Positions 26,944-37,302 of a stretch of 64,000 bases of DNA are shown piece after piece. The notes under the pieces were generated by a model. It saw only the letters and a program-made list of their open reading frames with translations. It was not told the origin of the DNA and made no database searches. The translations under genes and the position numbers were made by a program. This DNA comes from a virus: positions 47,141-111,140 of IMG/VR virus record IMGVR_UViG_3300043499_000238, one strand, 5' to 3'. Position 1 is the stretch's first letter; every line of letters starts with the position of its first letter.

Positions 26944-27549
26944 ATGGCCTCCCCTCGCAACGAACTGAGCCACGTCCGCCGACAGCTCAACTGGTACCAG
27001 CGCGAGCACGGCGAGGTCGTGATGTGGTTCGAGCTGGACGGCAAGCAGTCGAGCTACGACGACACCTTCAACGTCCGCAACAAGGTGTACCGGCCGGGCG
27101 TCGCCGTACCGACACTGTGGGTCATCTACACCGAGGACACGCAGGAGTCGAACCCCGAGGGCAGCAGGCACAACCCGTCGTTGCAGTTCGCCGTGTCGAT
27201 GTGGGAGTTCCGTCGTGTCGGCATCTCCGATCCCTACGACTTCGAGCGCCACCTCAACGACCTCGTCGTCTACTACGGCGAGTACTTCTCGGTAGGCGAG
27301 TTCTCCCCGCAGGGTCGGCTGTGGCGCGACGACGTGATCCTCGCCGTCAACACCACGAAGGTGTACCCCGAGGAGGAGTTGGTCGGCAGCGAGATCCCCG
27401 ATGCCGACTACGTCGCTGAGTCGACGCGCCCATCGCTCGGCATCAACGCCAGCGAGCCGCAGACGTACGTGCTTTATCCACCGCCAGCCCCACAGGCTGT
27501 GACTACCGGGACGATCTCCGGTGGCTACTCCTGGGTGAAGGCTCCGTAG
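26944..27549 (+). CDS. Putative head-closure/neck protein
   Basis: Position, beta-rich. Confidence 0.55.
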   Translation: MASPRNELSHVRRQLNWYQREHGEVVMWFELDGKQSSYDDTFNVRNKVYRPGVAVPTLWVIYTEDTQESNPEGSRHNPSLQFAVSMWEFRRVGISDPYDFERHLNDLVVYYGEYFSVGEFSPQGRLWRDDVILAVNTTKVYPEEELVGSEIPDADYVAESTRPSLGINASEPQTYVLYPPPAPQAVTTGTISGGYSWVKAP

Positions 27550-27625
27550 CTCGAACCCCCGCAAGTACTGTTGGCCGTGAGACCGGATTGCGCCCGGCTC
27601 CCCAACAGTTAGCGAGTGCGTAGCA

Positions 27626-27931
27626 GTGGCGACAACGCTGTTTGAGTTCAACATGCCTGCCATCGATCTCCTCAGTGGAGTGCGGTTCGGTGCTGATCTC
27701 AACGACCTCCTCAACGGCATCGAGGAAGAGGTGCGCAGCGCTCTCACCGCTGAGGCGCCAGCCGAGAGCTACGAGGTGGAGTGGGCCGACGGTGGCCTCA
27801 GCATCGGGCTGACCGGCGACCAGGCCGAGCGCGAGTTCGGTACGCCGAGCGTGCCGATGCAGCCGCACGTACGCAACGCCGTGATGATCGCTGCCGAGAA
27901 CGTGCGGCCGCGACTGGTGATCACCTCGTGA
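27626..27931 (+). CDS. Putative neck/tail completion protein
   Basis: REFGTPSVPMQPHVR resembles the HK97 gp10-like EFGT..M...P motif. Confidence 0.6.
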   Translation: MATTLFEFNMPAIDLLSGVRFGADLNDLLNGIEEEVRSALTAEAPAESYEVEWADGGLSIGLTGDQAEREFGTPSVPMQPHVRNAVMIAAENVRPRLVITS

Positions 27932-28674
27932 CCACCACCACGCCCGACCGGCGCGTCGACCAACTGCATCGCGGCCTCATCTTCGCCGAGTCGTCGGCGT
28001 TGAAGGCCAAGCTGTCGGGGATCTCCGTCCCTCGACCTGGCGGGGATCCCCGGCGTGTGCGCACGTACTTCCGCTACCCCGACGAGCAGACCGAGCGCAT
28101 CTACCCGTTCATCACCATCGAGTTCATGTCGATGCAGCTCGCTCGGGACCGCGCCCACTCGGCGCAGATGGTGCCGATCGACTACTGGCCGAGCGAGTAC
28201 GCCACCTTCGCCGAGTACGCCGAGGCGCACAACCTCACCGAGTGGACCGGCCGGGTCGGCAGCTCCGAAGCGGTGATGTGGCACCCGTACAACATGCTCT
28301 TCCAGATCTCGGTGCACAGCCGCGATCCGATCGACGCCATGTACCTCGACGGGCAGCTCATCGGCACGCACTACATCCCCGACCGTTGGGGCTACCTCGA
28401 CATCCCCGAGGACGGCTCGTGCCGCTGGCTCGACCGCCTGGAGATGCGCACCGCCAACTACATCGAGGGCAACCCGCAGGCGATGAACCAGACCGTGTTC
28501 CGCACGATCTACACCGTCTCGGTCAACGCCCACGTACCGCCGATCGACCCCAACGTCTTCTTCCAGGCGCTGCGCATCGTCGGCGTCATCCTCAAGATCT
28601 CGCTCCGCCCTGGATCGGATCCTGTGGTCCTCGGCTCGTGGATCAACGAAGCACCAGAAGCACCCTCCCCGTAG
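27928..28674 (+). CDS. Putative tail terminator
   Basis: YPFITIEF motif; immediately upstream of sheath. Confidence 0.6.
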   Translation: MTTTTPDRRVDQLHRGLIFAESSALKAKLSGISVPRPGGDPRRVRTYFRYPDEQTERIYPFITIEFMSMQLARDRAHSAQMVPIDYWPSEYATFAEYAEAHNLTEWTGRVGSSEAVMWHPYNMLFQISVHSRDPIDAMYLDGQLIGTHYIPDRWGYLDIPEDGSCRWLDRLEMRTANYIEGNPQAMNQTVFRTIYTVSVNAHVPPIDPNVFFQALRIVGVILKISLRPGSDPVVLGSWINEAPEAPSP

Positions 28675-28686
28675 AAGGACGGCACC

Positions 28687-30300
28687 ATGGCCACCATCAC
28701 CGACACCTACTTCCCCGGCGTCCACGTCGTAGAGCGGCCGTTCCAGCCGGGGATCAAGAACACCGCCGATGTCACCGCCTTCGGCGCCTTCATCGGCAGG
28801 TCCGACCAGGGGCCGACCGTCCCCACCGAGTGCCGCTCGTGGGTGCAGTTCGTGGGCCTCTTCGGCTCGCACTACACCGACCTGCACAACGCCGTCTACG
28901 ACTTCTTCTCCAACGGCGGGCGTCGGTGCTACGTCGTGCGCCTCGCTGGTGTCGGCGGAGCTGTGGCCTCGCTGCCGGTGTACGACGTCGCCGTGCCCGA
29001 GACGCCGGGTGCCGCCACGCCGATCTTCACCGTCACGGCGACCAACCCGGGCACCTGGGGCAACTCGCTCTACCTCGGTACGTACCCGCGCGACCCAACG
29101 AACTACCGCTTCGACGTGGCGCTGTACAAGGTGCCAGCGGGCGTCACGTTCGATGAGACCAAGCGCAACAGCGAGTACCTGGTCGACCAGTGGAACGACG
29201 TCACGCTGTTCCCCAACGACGAGCGCTACCTCTACACGGTGACCAACCCGCCGTCGGCGACCGGCTCTGCCCTCGTGACCTTCTCGGGCACGAGCTACGA
29301 CGCATCGCTGCCGAACAACCCGACCAACCGCCCAATGCCTGGGACCGGTGGTCCGTACCCCGGCTTCACGGGTGGGGTCGACGGCAGCTACACGGGCGGC
29401 TACGACCCGGCCATCGCCTACCCCGCCGCCATCGCAGCGATGCAGGTGGTGCCCGGGCCGTACGTGCTCAACATGCCGAACATGACGACGGGGTCGATCG
29501 TCAAGGGCGCCATCCAAGACGCCGCCGCCCGCGGCGACGTGTTCGTGGTGTGCGACTGCCCACTCGGACAGACCCCGACGCAGATGGCCACCTACGTCAA
29601 CACCACGCTCGGACTGAACGCCTTCCAGTCCAACATCCCGAGCTTCGGCGCCATCTACTATCCGCAGGTGTTCATGCCCGCCATCGGTGCCGCCTCGCCG
29701 GGCCGTACTGCTCTGCGCCCCGCAGGTGGGGCGATCATCGGCACGTACATGGCCACCGACGACCAGCGCGGCCCGTGGCGCGTGCCCGCCGGTCGTGACT
29801 TCCGCCTCGGCGGTGCGCTGCAGGTCGAGTACTCGCTGACCGAGGCCGACCTCACGTCGTTGAACAACAACAACATCAACGCACTGCGCGTGATGATGGG
29901 CACGGGTGTGTCGATCATGGGCGGGCGCACGATGAAGAAGACCGCCGCCGACATGTACATCAACGTGCGCCGCACGCTGATGGAGGTCACCCGCAGCCTC
30001 GTCAACGCCACCGAGCCGTACGTGTTCGAGAACAACGACGCACGTCTGTGGGAGCAGCTCGGCGGAGTGTGCGTCGCCTACCTCAACAACATCTTCACCC
30101 AGGGTGGGTTGAAGGGCGGCTCGCCCAGCGACGCCTACTACGTCCGCTGCGACGACACCAACAACACGCCGCAGACCGTCTCGCAGGGCGTGGTCAACAT
30201 CGAGGTCGGTGTTGCTCTGCTCACCCCGGCCGAGTTCATCATCATCACCATCGGCCAGTACGAGGGCGGCGCCACGGCGACCACCTCGGTCAGCATCTGA
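28687..30300 (+). CDS. Contractile tail sheath protein
   Basis: PGVHVVE, AFIG...GP, FFSNGG..CYVVR, YINVRR, VFENND, CDDTNNTP, PAEFIII. Confidence 0.95.
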   Translation: MATITDTYFPGVHVVERPFQPGIKNTADVTAFGAFIGRSDQGPTVPTECRSWVQFVGLFGSHYTDLHNAVYDFFSNGGRRCYVVRLAGVGGAVASLPVYDVAVPETPGAATPIFTVTATNPGTWGNSLYLGTYPRDPTNYRFDVALYKVPAGVTFDETKRNSEYLVDQWNDVTLFPNDERYLYTVTNPPSATGSALVTFSGTSYDASLPNNPTNRPMPGTGGPYPGFTGGVDGSYTGGYDPAIAYPAAIAAMQVVPGPYVLNMPNMTTGSIVKGAIQDAAARGDVFVVCDCPLGQTPTQMATYVNTTLGLNAFQSNIPSFGAIYYPQVFMPAIGAASPGRTALRPAGGAIIGTYMATDDQRGPWRVPAGRDFRLGGALQVEYSLTEADLTSLNNNNINALRVMMGTGVSIMGGRTMKKTAADMYINVRRTLMEVTRSLVNATEPYVFENNDARLWEQLGGVCVAYLNNIFTQGGLKGGSPSDAYYVRCDDTNNTPQTVSQGVVNIEVGVALLTPAEFIIITIGQYEGGATATTSVSI

Positions 30301-30314
30301 GGAGGAGCATCACC

Positions 30315-30941
30315 ATGGCTGGAGTAGCACAACTCACGTCCCCCATCACGTCGAAGCCAGCGATCCGCGATCCGCTGCGCAACTTCGTCTTCCGTGTCGA
30401 CTTCGTCGGCAATGCGAAGATCGGCAAGGGCTTCGCCGCCATGGGCTTCATCTCGGTCTCCGGTCAGGGGATCAACACCGAGATGATCCCGTACCGCGAG
30501 GGCGGCGACAACACGATCACGCGCAAGATGCCCGGGCAGTCCGACGTCGGCCCGCTGCAGCTCATCCGCGGCGTGTTCATGCACCCGACCTCGCCGCAGT
30601 ACGAGTGGTTCAAGAACGTCTTCTCGGTGCAGTGGGGCAAGGGCAACACCGAGTGGGCCGACGACTTCCGCTGCAACGTGATCGTGCGCGTCAACAAGCA
30701 CCCAGTCACCAAGTGGAACCAGAACGGCCAGGGCGATCCCCGCGGCAACCTCTCCGCCGGGATGCTCACCTACTACTACAACTGCTGGCCGTCGGCGATG
30801 CAGTGGAACGACCTCAACGCTGGCGACAACTCGGTGATGGTCGAGACCATGACCCTGCAGCACGAGGGCTTCGACGTGTACTACGGCGAGGGAACGTTCC
30901 CCAACGGTGCACAGGGCGGCGTCAACACGCCCAACACGTAG
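30315..30941 (+). CDS. Tail tube protein (T4 gp19-like)
   Basis: DPLRNFVFRV, YREGGDN..RKMPG, CWPS...DLNA...ETMTLQHEG. Confidence 0.92.
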   Translation: MAGVAQLTSPITSKPAIRDPLRNFVFRVDFVGNAKIGKGFAAMGFISVSGQGINTEMIPYREGGDNTITRKMPGQSDVGPLQLIRGVFMHPTSPQYEWFKNVFSVQWGKGNTEWADDFRCNVIVRVNKHPVTKWNQNGQGDPRGNLSAGMLTYYYNCWPSAMQWNDLNAGDNSVMVETMTLQHEGFDVYYGEGTFPNGAQGGVNTPNT

Positions 30942-30953
30942 TAGTACGTCACC

Positions 30954-31868
30954 ATGACGAGCGAGCAGACAGAGATCCCGGTCAACCCCGAGGACGAGAT
31001 CTTCGACATGTCGAAGTGGTCGACCACGCCCCCGGGCCTGGCCGCCACCGACGACGAGTCGTCACCGGAGACCAAGAACGACGCTCTGCGTCAGATGCTC
31101 GAACCGGCGCGTCCGGGCATCCCGGTGATCGATGATCCGCCACCGGGGACGGCCGAGCTGTTGTGGGGGATCGAGCGTGACGGTCGCCGCTACCGCACGG
31201 CGTTGGTGCGTGAGTTGACCGGCGCCGACGAGGAAGCGATCGCTCGCCTGCCATCGGGCAGCCCCAACTTCAACGTCATGGTGGTCGACCTCCACCTGCG
31301 CTGTGCCGTCACGCAGATCGGCGTGGTCGACGTCGAGCAGGACAAGGACGTGCTCGGTGAGCTGTTGATCTCGGACCGCGACATCCTGTTCAAGGAGGTG
31401 CTCCTCACCACCTACGGCAAGACCCGCGAGTACGAGAACGTCGCCTGCCCGACATGCGGGTTCGAGATGGACCTGCACATCGACATCGAGGGGTTGATCG
31501 AGGTCCGCAACCCGAAGACGTTCGAGAGCGACAAGTTCACCGTCACGCTGCGCGACGGCAAGCAGGTGCTGATGCGCTTCGTCAACGGCAAGGATCAGAT
31601 CTCGGTGTTCCACAGCGGCTCCAAGCGGCTGACCGCCCCCGAGGCCAACACAGCGTTCCTCGCTGCGTGCGTGGAGCGCGTCGACGGCAAGGCGGTGGCC
31701 GACCCCGAGGCGTGGGCGCTCGGGCTGGGGATCGCCGACCGGCGCATACTCGTGGACTCACTGCTGGACATCCCAGCCATCGGCTTCAAGGAGGTTGAAG
31801 TGCCCTGCGACAAGTGTGGAGAGAACCTCCCCACCGTGTTCGGTTGGGCCGACCTTCTACCGAGTTAG
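30954..31868 (+). CDS. Tail assembly chaperone with two CxxC motifs
   Basis: VRELTGADEE, CPTCG, CDKCG; between tube and TMP. Confidence 0.75.
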   Translation: MTSEQTEIPVNPEDEIFDMSKWSTTPPGLAATDDESSPETKNDALRQMLEPARPGIPVIDDPPPGTAELLWGIERDGRRYRTALVRELTGADEEAIARLPSGSPNFNVMVVDLHLRCAVTQIGVVDVEQDKDVLGELLISDRDILFKEVLLTTYGKTREYENVACPTCGFEMDLHIDIEGLIEVRNPKTFESDKFTVTLRDGKQVLMRFVNGKDQISVFHSGSKRLTAPEANTAFLAACVERVDGKAVADPEAWALGLGIADRRILVDSLLDIPAIGFKEVEVPCDKCGENLPTVFGWADLLPS

Positions 31869-32040
31869 CTACCAGGCGGTCTACGCCAACTACACCCGGC
31901 TGGTCGAGACGTTCGGCTGGAACCCGACGATCTGCAAGGCACTGACGATCAGAGAGCGCCGGTACTGGATCCAGTACCTCGACTACAAGCAGCGGCTGGA
32001 GCAGTTCAACAAGATGATGGCCCCGACACAGCAGAGGTAG
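31855..32040 (+). CDS. Second tail chaperone segment (likely +1 frameshift extension)
   Basis: FYRVSYQ...FGWNPTICKALTIRERRYW overlaps the chaperone end in the +1 frame; no well-placed start. Confidence 0.55.
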   Translation, partial: FYRVSYQAVYANYTRLVETFGWNPTICKALTIRERRYWIQYLDYKQRLEQFNKMMAPTQQR

Positions 32041-32046
32041 GTAGGT

Positions 32047-35000
32047 GTGCCCGAGACAATGATCGGCGGTGGACCGCAACTCCCACCTCGATCTGGTTCG
32101 TGGATCGGTGGCAAGTCCACCCCGCTGACCACCATCGGCGCGCAGGTCAAGGTCGACGGGCTGCGTTCACTGGAGCAGGCGCTGGCGTCGATCGCCAAGC
32201 ACTCCAAGACCATCCGCGACAACTTCGACGCCATCAACAAGGCGGGCCGTACCGGCGGTTCGATCTGGAGCAAGCTCGGTAGCGGAGGCGCAGCGCCCAG
32301 CTCGGGCAACACATCGATGCCGTGGGCCACCCCGCTCATCCAGCGAGGCCCACAGCCGACCATCACGGCTGGCGCACCACAGCGAGCAGCAGCGACGACT
32401 GGTGCGGCTCCTGGCGGCGGCCAGGCGCCTCCGGCGGGCGGAGCCACATCCACTCCGTCTGCTGGAGGCAGTGGGGGCAGCACGATGCCGTGGCTGTCCC
32501 GTACCGGCTTCATGCTCTCGGCGGTCACCACCGGGGCCAACATCCTCAGCAACCGCATCGGGCGCAACATCGCCGAGAGCGCACCCATCTCCTCGCAGAT
32601 GGCGCTCTTCTCCTCGATGTACTCGGGGATGCCGTACCAGGGCCAGGAGATGCGGCGCTTCGATGCGTCGGGTCGCTACGGCGGCACCCGCCAGGATCAG
32701 GCCGCCACCCAGGCGCTCGCTCTGCGCTACGGCCAGACCCCGCAGCAGGCGACCAACTTCATGTCGGGCATCGGCAACATGGTGCAGGCGTTCGGCGGCA
32801 CGATCTCCTCGACGCAGGCGGCCTCGCAGGCCGGTGGCTTCCTCGATCCGATGGTGCTGCGTCGTCAGATCTCCTCGGGCATGACCCCGGCGCGCGTTGG
32901 CGGTCAGGTGCGCAACCCGATGACGGTGGCGCAGGAGTACATCAAGAACTACGAGCAGCGCCGCAACGGCGGCACGAAGCTCAACGAGTTCGACTTCATC
33001 AACCTGCAGACACCTGGCTCGGCGTTGCGCATCACGTTCGCCCGTCTGTACGGACTCGATGACGCCTCGCTCGATCTCATCTCCACCGCCGGGATGCAGA
33101 CCGCACGCGCTGGTGGGTCGCTCAACTACAACTCGTCGGCGGCGATCGCCGGGCAGCTAGGGATGGATCGCAGCAAGCTCGGCCTGCAGGCCACCAGCCT
33201 GCTGACGACCAAGGGCCGCCGTGAGGCCAGCTTCTTCAACCAGAACGAGGGTGGCATGAACACCCAACTGGCCATCGAGGAGTCGACGCAGAAGGCGCTC
33301 ACCGGTCTGGAGGATGCAGCCAGCGGACTGACCAACACCTTCGCCGCACTCGACAAGGTGATCAAGGCAGCGACCGCCGGACTGGGGCTGCTCATGGGCG
33401 GCTCGATGCTCGCTGGTGGCATGGGTGGTGGTGGCGGGTTGCTCGGGTTGCTCAAGGGCGGCAGCCGTTCCGCCGCCGGAGCGCCCGGAGCAGTGACTGC
33501 CGCCTTCGGTGGTGGCGGTGGTGGCGGTATCGCTGGAGGGTTGGCCACGGCGGGGATGGCGATCGGTGGCACCGTGATGGCGGGCAGCGCCATCCAGTCC
33601 GCCGTCAACACCAACAGCCTCGGTGGCTTCGCCGGGTCGGTCGGCAAGGGTGCGGCCGCCGGGGCGATGCTTGGCAGCGTCATCCCCGGCGTCGGCACCA
33701 TCACCGGCATGCTCATCGGTGGAGGCATCGCCGCTGGGCTGTCCGGCGCCAGTTGGCTGACGAGTGGCGACGAGAAGGCCAACGCTGCGGCGCGCGAAGC
33801 CTCAGGTGTCCAGGCGTCGAACATGAGCGACAAGGAGATCATCAGCGCCTTCTTCGACTGGAACCACCATGCCCCGCAGGGGTCGTACGTCCAGGTCGAT
33901 GACTGGAAGAACGTCACCTCCAGCGACCCCGACACGGCGGGACTCATCGACGTCTTCCAGAGACGTCGTGCGACGTTGATCGCTCAGTGGATGCAGGACG
34001 TCATGCAGCGCGACCCCAATGCGTTCACCAGCATGATGAGCCAGCTCGCCAAGGCGGACGAGACGACCCCGGGGAAGGAGGCGCAGGACTGGACCGCCAT
34101 CACGAACGGCTTCCTCGCTCTCGCCTCCAACGCCAAGCCCAGCGACGACGACTACAACTCGTGGGGCGACAAGCTCATCAAGATGTCGCGCGCCGCTCGG
34201 TCACCGTCGTGGAAGAACGCCTACCGAGGCTCGCGTGCGATGTTCGACATGTACACCGAGTACTTCGGTGGCATCGAGCACCCCATGCGGTTCCAACCGA
34301 TCTACACAGAGAAGAACTATGCGGTGATGGATCAGTTCGGGACGTCGCTCTCGGACTACTCCATGGCCAACGTGACGCAGCCGACGGGCGACCCCACCGA
34401 CACGTCGAGCAACACATCGAACACCGCCAACTCGGCGAACTACTCGTACGTCGATCGCATGCCGATGGCGAAGCCGCCCGACGACAGCTCGTGGGGCGGT
34501 CTCGACTCCCGCATGAAGAAGCGCTTGCTCGCACTGTTCGCTGCCTCGGGCGGCTCGGTGCGCCTCGGTGGTGGTGGCGGCACGCGCTCCACCGAGCAGC
34601 AGCGCAAGATGTTCCTCGATCGCCACCGGGTCGACCCCAACGGCGACATCACCTGGGATGGCAAGAAGTGGAGCCTGATCCCCGGCAACGCAGCGGCCGC
34701 ACCGCCCGGGCGGTCGATGCACGAGATCGGTCTCGCCGCCGACCTCGATGGCCCAGGCGTCGGTACGTGGCTGCAGAAGAACGCCTCACGCTTCGGACTC
34801 AAGACGTTCGCCAACGTCAACCACGAGCCGTGGCACGTCCAGCTTTCCGAGCTGCCCAACAGCCGTCGCGAGTACGAGGGCGGTGACTACGGCGCCACCA
34901 GTACCGAAGACCCCGTCGCTGCCACCTCCGAGTCGACCCCGGCGAACGCTGGGTTGGCTGGTTCGATAGGAGCGTCCGGCCTCGGCGGCACGAGTGGTGG

Positions 35001-35757
35001 CGCTCTCAGCCTCGGCATGTCCAGCCTCTCCATCCTGCAGGGCGGTGCCCCAGCGGGTGGTGGCGGTGGTGGGATGGAAGGGACCGGCGGGCAGACCACC
35101 GCCAGCCAGACGGCCGACGTCAACTACTCGGGCAGCGGGCCACTCACCGGCAAGCAGATGGCGCAGATGCTGTACAACCAAGGCTTCCGAGGCGACGCCC
35201 TGGTGATGGCGCTGGCGATCTCCAAGCGCGAGTCGGACTGGGATCCCAGTGCCTACAACCCCAACCGCAGTACCGGTGACGACAGCTACGGCCTGTTCCA
35301 GATCAACATGCTCGGCGATCTCGGTGTGTCGCGGCGCAACGCTTACGGGCTGCACGACAACAAGGATCTGCTCAACCCGAACACCAACATCCGTGTCGCC
35401 TGGGAGATGTCGCAGCACGGCAGCAACTTCAACCCCTGGGGCGGCTACAAGGGGATGGCCGACAACTACAACACCGACATGGACTCGGCCCGCAACATCG
35501 TTGCGAGCATGCACCTCGGTGACGCCTCGTTCGACACCGGCCAGGTCGGTACCGGCGGGCTGGTGCTGCCGAGCGGTGGCGTCGGTCGCAGTGCCACCAG
35601 GCAGGACGTCGCCAGCGGCAATGGTGGTGGTGTTCACGTCCATGTCACGATCCAGTCCACCGGCAACTACACCTACGACGCCCAGCGGTTGGCCAAGGCC
35701 GCCCGCCCGGCACTGGAAGCGGAGTACGCCGAGGTCTCAGCGAAGAGGAACACGTAG
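32047..35757 (+). CDS. Tape measure protein with M15-type peptidase and lysozyme-like domains
   Basis: 1236 aa G/A-rich; SMHEIGLAADL...EPWH; RES...DDSYGLFQINM. Confidence 0.9.
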   Translation: MPETMIGGGPQLPPRSGSWIGGKSTPLTTIGAQVKVDGLRSLEQALASIAKHSKTIRDNFDAINKAGRTGGSIWSKLGSGGAAPSSGNTSMPWATPLIQRGPQPTITAGAPQRAAATTGAAPGGGQAPPAGGATSTPSAGGSGGSTMPWLSRTGFMLSAVTTGANILSNRIGRNIAESAPISSQMALFSSMYSGMPYQGQEMRRFDASGRYGGTRQDQAATQALALRYGQTPQQATNFMSGIGNMVQAFGGTISSTQAASQAGGFLDPMVLRRQISSGMTPARVGGQVRNPMTVAQEYIKNYEQRRNGGTKLNEFDFINLQTPGSALRITFARLYGLDDASLDLISTAGMQTARAGGSLNYNSSAAIAGQLGMDRSKLGLQATSLLTTKGRREASFFNQNEGGMNTQLAIEESTQKALTGLEDAASGLTNTFAALDKVIKAATAGLGLLMGGSMLAGGMGGGGGLLGLLKGGSRSAAGAPGAVTAAFGGGGGGGIAGGLATAGMAIGGTVMAGSAIQSAVNTNSLGGFAGSVGKGAAAGAMLGSVIPGVGTITGMLIGGGIAAGLSGASWLTSGDEKANAAAREASGVQASNMSDKEIISAFFDWNHHAPQGSYVQVDDWKNVTSSDPDTAGLIDVFQRRRATLIAQWMQDVMQRDPNAFTSMMSQLAKADETTPGKEAQDWTAITNGFLALASNAKPSDDDYNSWGDKLIKMSRAARSPSWKNAYRGSRAMFDMYTEYFGGIEHPMRFQPIYTEKNYAVMDQFGTSLSDYSMANVTQPTGDPTDTSSNTSNTANSANYSYVDRMPMAKPPDDSSWGGLDSRMKKRLLALFAASGGSVRLGGGGGTRSTEQQRKMFLDRHRVDPNGDITWDGKKWSLIPGNAAAAPPGRSMHEIGLAADLDGPGVGTWLQKNASRFGLKTFANVNHEPWHVQLSELPNSRREYEGGDYGATSTEDPVAATSESTPANAGLAGSIGASGLGGTSGGALSLGMSSLSILQGGAPAGGGGGGMEGTGGQTTASQTADVNYSGSGPLTGKQMAQMLYNQGFRGDALVMALAISKRESDWDPSAYNPNRSTGDDSYGLFQINMLGDLGVSRRNAYGLHDNKDLLNPNTNIRVAWEMSQHGSNFNPWGGYKGMADNYNTDMDSARNIVASMHLGDASFDTGQVGTGGLVLPSGGVGRSATRQDVASGNGGGVHVHVTIQSTGNYTYDAQRLAKAARPALEAEYAEVSAKRNT

Positions 35758-37028
35758 TGGCGAACAACGCAGCTCATACCCCAGCCACCGATGCGGTGGG
35801 GCGCCAGCAGGCCAACGCCACGTACACGATCAGCAACGACTACCTCTACCCACGGCGCACCGTGCCGCCGATGTTGCGGCAGTCGTACCTCGATCGCGGC
35901 GCCGAGACCAATCCCTACAAGAACATCGGACTGCTGCGTGGCTTCATCTACCCGATCGACATCAACAGCTCCGAGGCGACGGCGGCGATCACGTCGGGTA
36001 ATGGTGACGACCCGCTGTCGGCATCGGACAAGGCGCGCCAGGAGGTCGTGGACGCCTACAACCTGGCCAACTCAACGGCAGCAGCAGGTGCGACGGTGTT
36101 GGCGGCGGCGCTCGCTGCCACACCGCTGGCAGCGGTTGGTCCGTCGCGCGGCTCGGGCACACTCGCCGCCACCGCCAACGACCCGGTGAAGCAGCCCAAG
36201 CGGATCCGTTACGCCGAGGGCAAGCAGTTCCAGTTCAACCCGATGGCGTTGTCGGTGACGATCGGCATGACCGGCGTGGCTCCCACCGAGACCGTGCAGA
36301 CCGAGGGCACCGCCGGGAGCATGATGGTCGGCCAGGGCGAGACCGGCATCCAGCTCTACTTCGATCGCTCACTGGAGACGGCGGCCGCATCACGAGGTGC
36401 GTTGACGGTCAACGGTCACTCGGTCGATCCGATCTTCGCCGACATCGGTGTGCAGAAGGATCTGTGGGACGTCTACCGGATCATCCTCGGCGGTGACGAG
36501 AACTACTTCTCCAAGATCGGCAACAAGATCATCAACATCGACAACGCATCTGGCGTACAGATGCAGGTGCGCCCCGGTAGCGCCACCGACATGTTCGGCC
36601 GCCTCTTCGACCTCGGTGCCTCCGGTACCAAGGCGTGGGGTCGGCGTGTCGCTCTGTTCTTCAATCCCAACCTCGTGATCATCGGCGACGTCACGAGCAT
36701 CGGCTTCGTGTACGCCGAGTTCAACGCCAACTACGTACCGACCAAGGCCAAGCTCGACCTCGGCATCCAGATCCTGAGCACCACCTCGGAGTCGGGCGCC
36801 GACGCCTTCAACGGCACCGACACCACCACCGACACCACCGACGACAGCACCAGCAGTTCCAGCAGCAGCTCCAGCTCCAGCAGCAACGACGACACTCCCA
36901 ACGCCTCGACCGTCAACGGTGCGGTGCGTACGGTCAACGGCCGTGTCGTCGTCACGCGCTCCACGCCCAACGGTGGTGGCTCGAACACCTACACCGTCAA
37001 CCCAGTCGATCTCCACCTCCAGGTCTGA
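35757..37028 (+). CDS. Baseplate/tube initiator-like protein
   Basis: FQFNP and LYFDRS motifs, after TMP. Confidence 0.6.
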   Translation: MANNAAHTPATDAVGRQQANATYTISNDYLYPRRTVPPMLRQSYLDRGAETNPYKNIGLLRGFIYPIDINSSEATAAITSGNGDDPLSASDKARQEVVDAYNLANSTAAAGATVLAAALAATPLAAVGPSRGSGTLAATANDPVKQPKRIRYAEGKQFQFNPMALSVTIGMTGVAPTETVQTEGTAGSMMVGQGETGIQLYFDRSLETAAASRGALTVNGHSVDPIFADIGVQKDLWDVYRIILGGDENYFSKIGNKIINIDNASGVQMQVRPGSATDMFGRLFDLGASGTKAWGRRVALFFNPNLVIIGDVTSIGFVYAEFNANYVPTKAKLDLGIQILSTTSESGADAFNGTDTTTDTTDDSTSSSSSSSSSSSNDDTPNASTVNGAVRTVNGRVVVTRSTPNGGGSNTYTVNPVDLHLQV

Positions 37029-37034
37029 GGCACC

Positions 37035-37301
37035 ATGACCGCTCGCTACGCCAACGAACAGCTCGTCTCGATGCCGCACGCCAGTGGCGTGCAGGTGCAG
37101 ACCGTGATCCGGCGGCCGCACTTCTGGATCAACCAGCCGTACATCACGTACACGCTCACCGCCGCCGATGCGATGTGGACCATCGCCGATCGGTACTACC
37201 TCAACTCGCAGGACTGGTGGGTGATCGCCGATCTCAACCCGCACTTCCCCTGCCCCGACGACTTGCTGTACGGGATGACGCTGCTGATCCCTGTGGGCTG
37301 A
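37035..37301 (+). CDS. LysM-like baseplate protein (gpX/gp53-like)
   Basis: YTLTAADAMWTIADRYY...WWVIADLNP...GMTLLIP. Confidence 0.8.
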   Translation: MTARYANEQLVSMPHASGVQVQTVIRRPHFWINQPYITYTLTAADAMWTIADRYYLNSQDWWVIADLNPHFPCPDDLLYGMTLLIPVG

Positions 37302-37302
37302 C

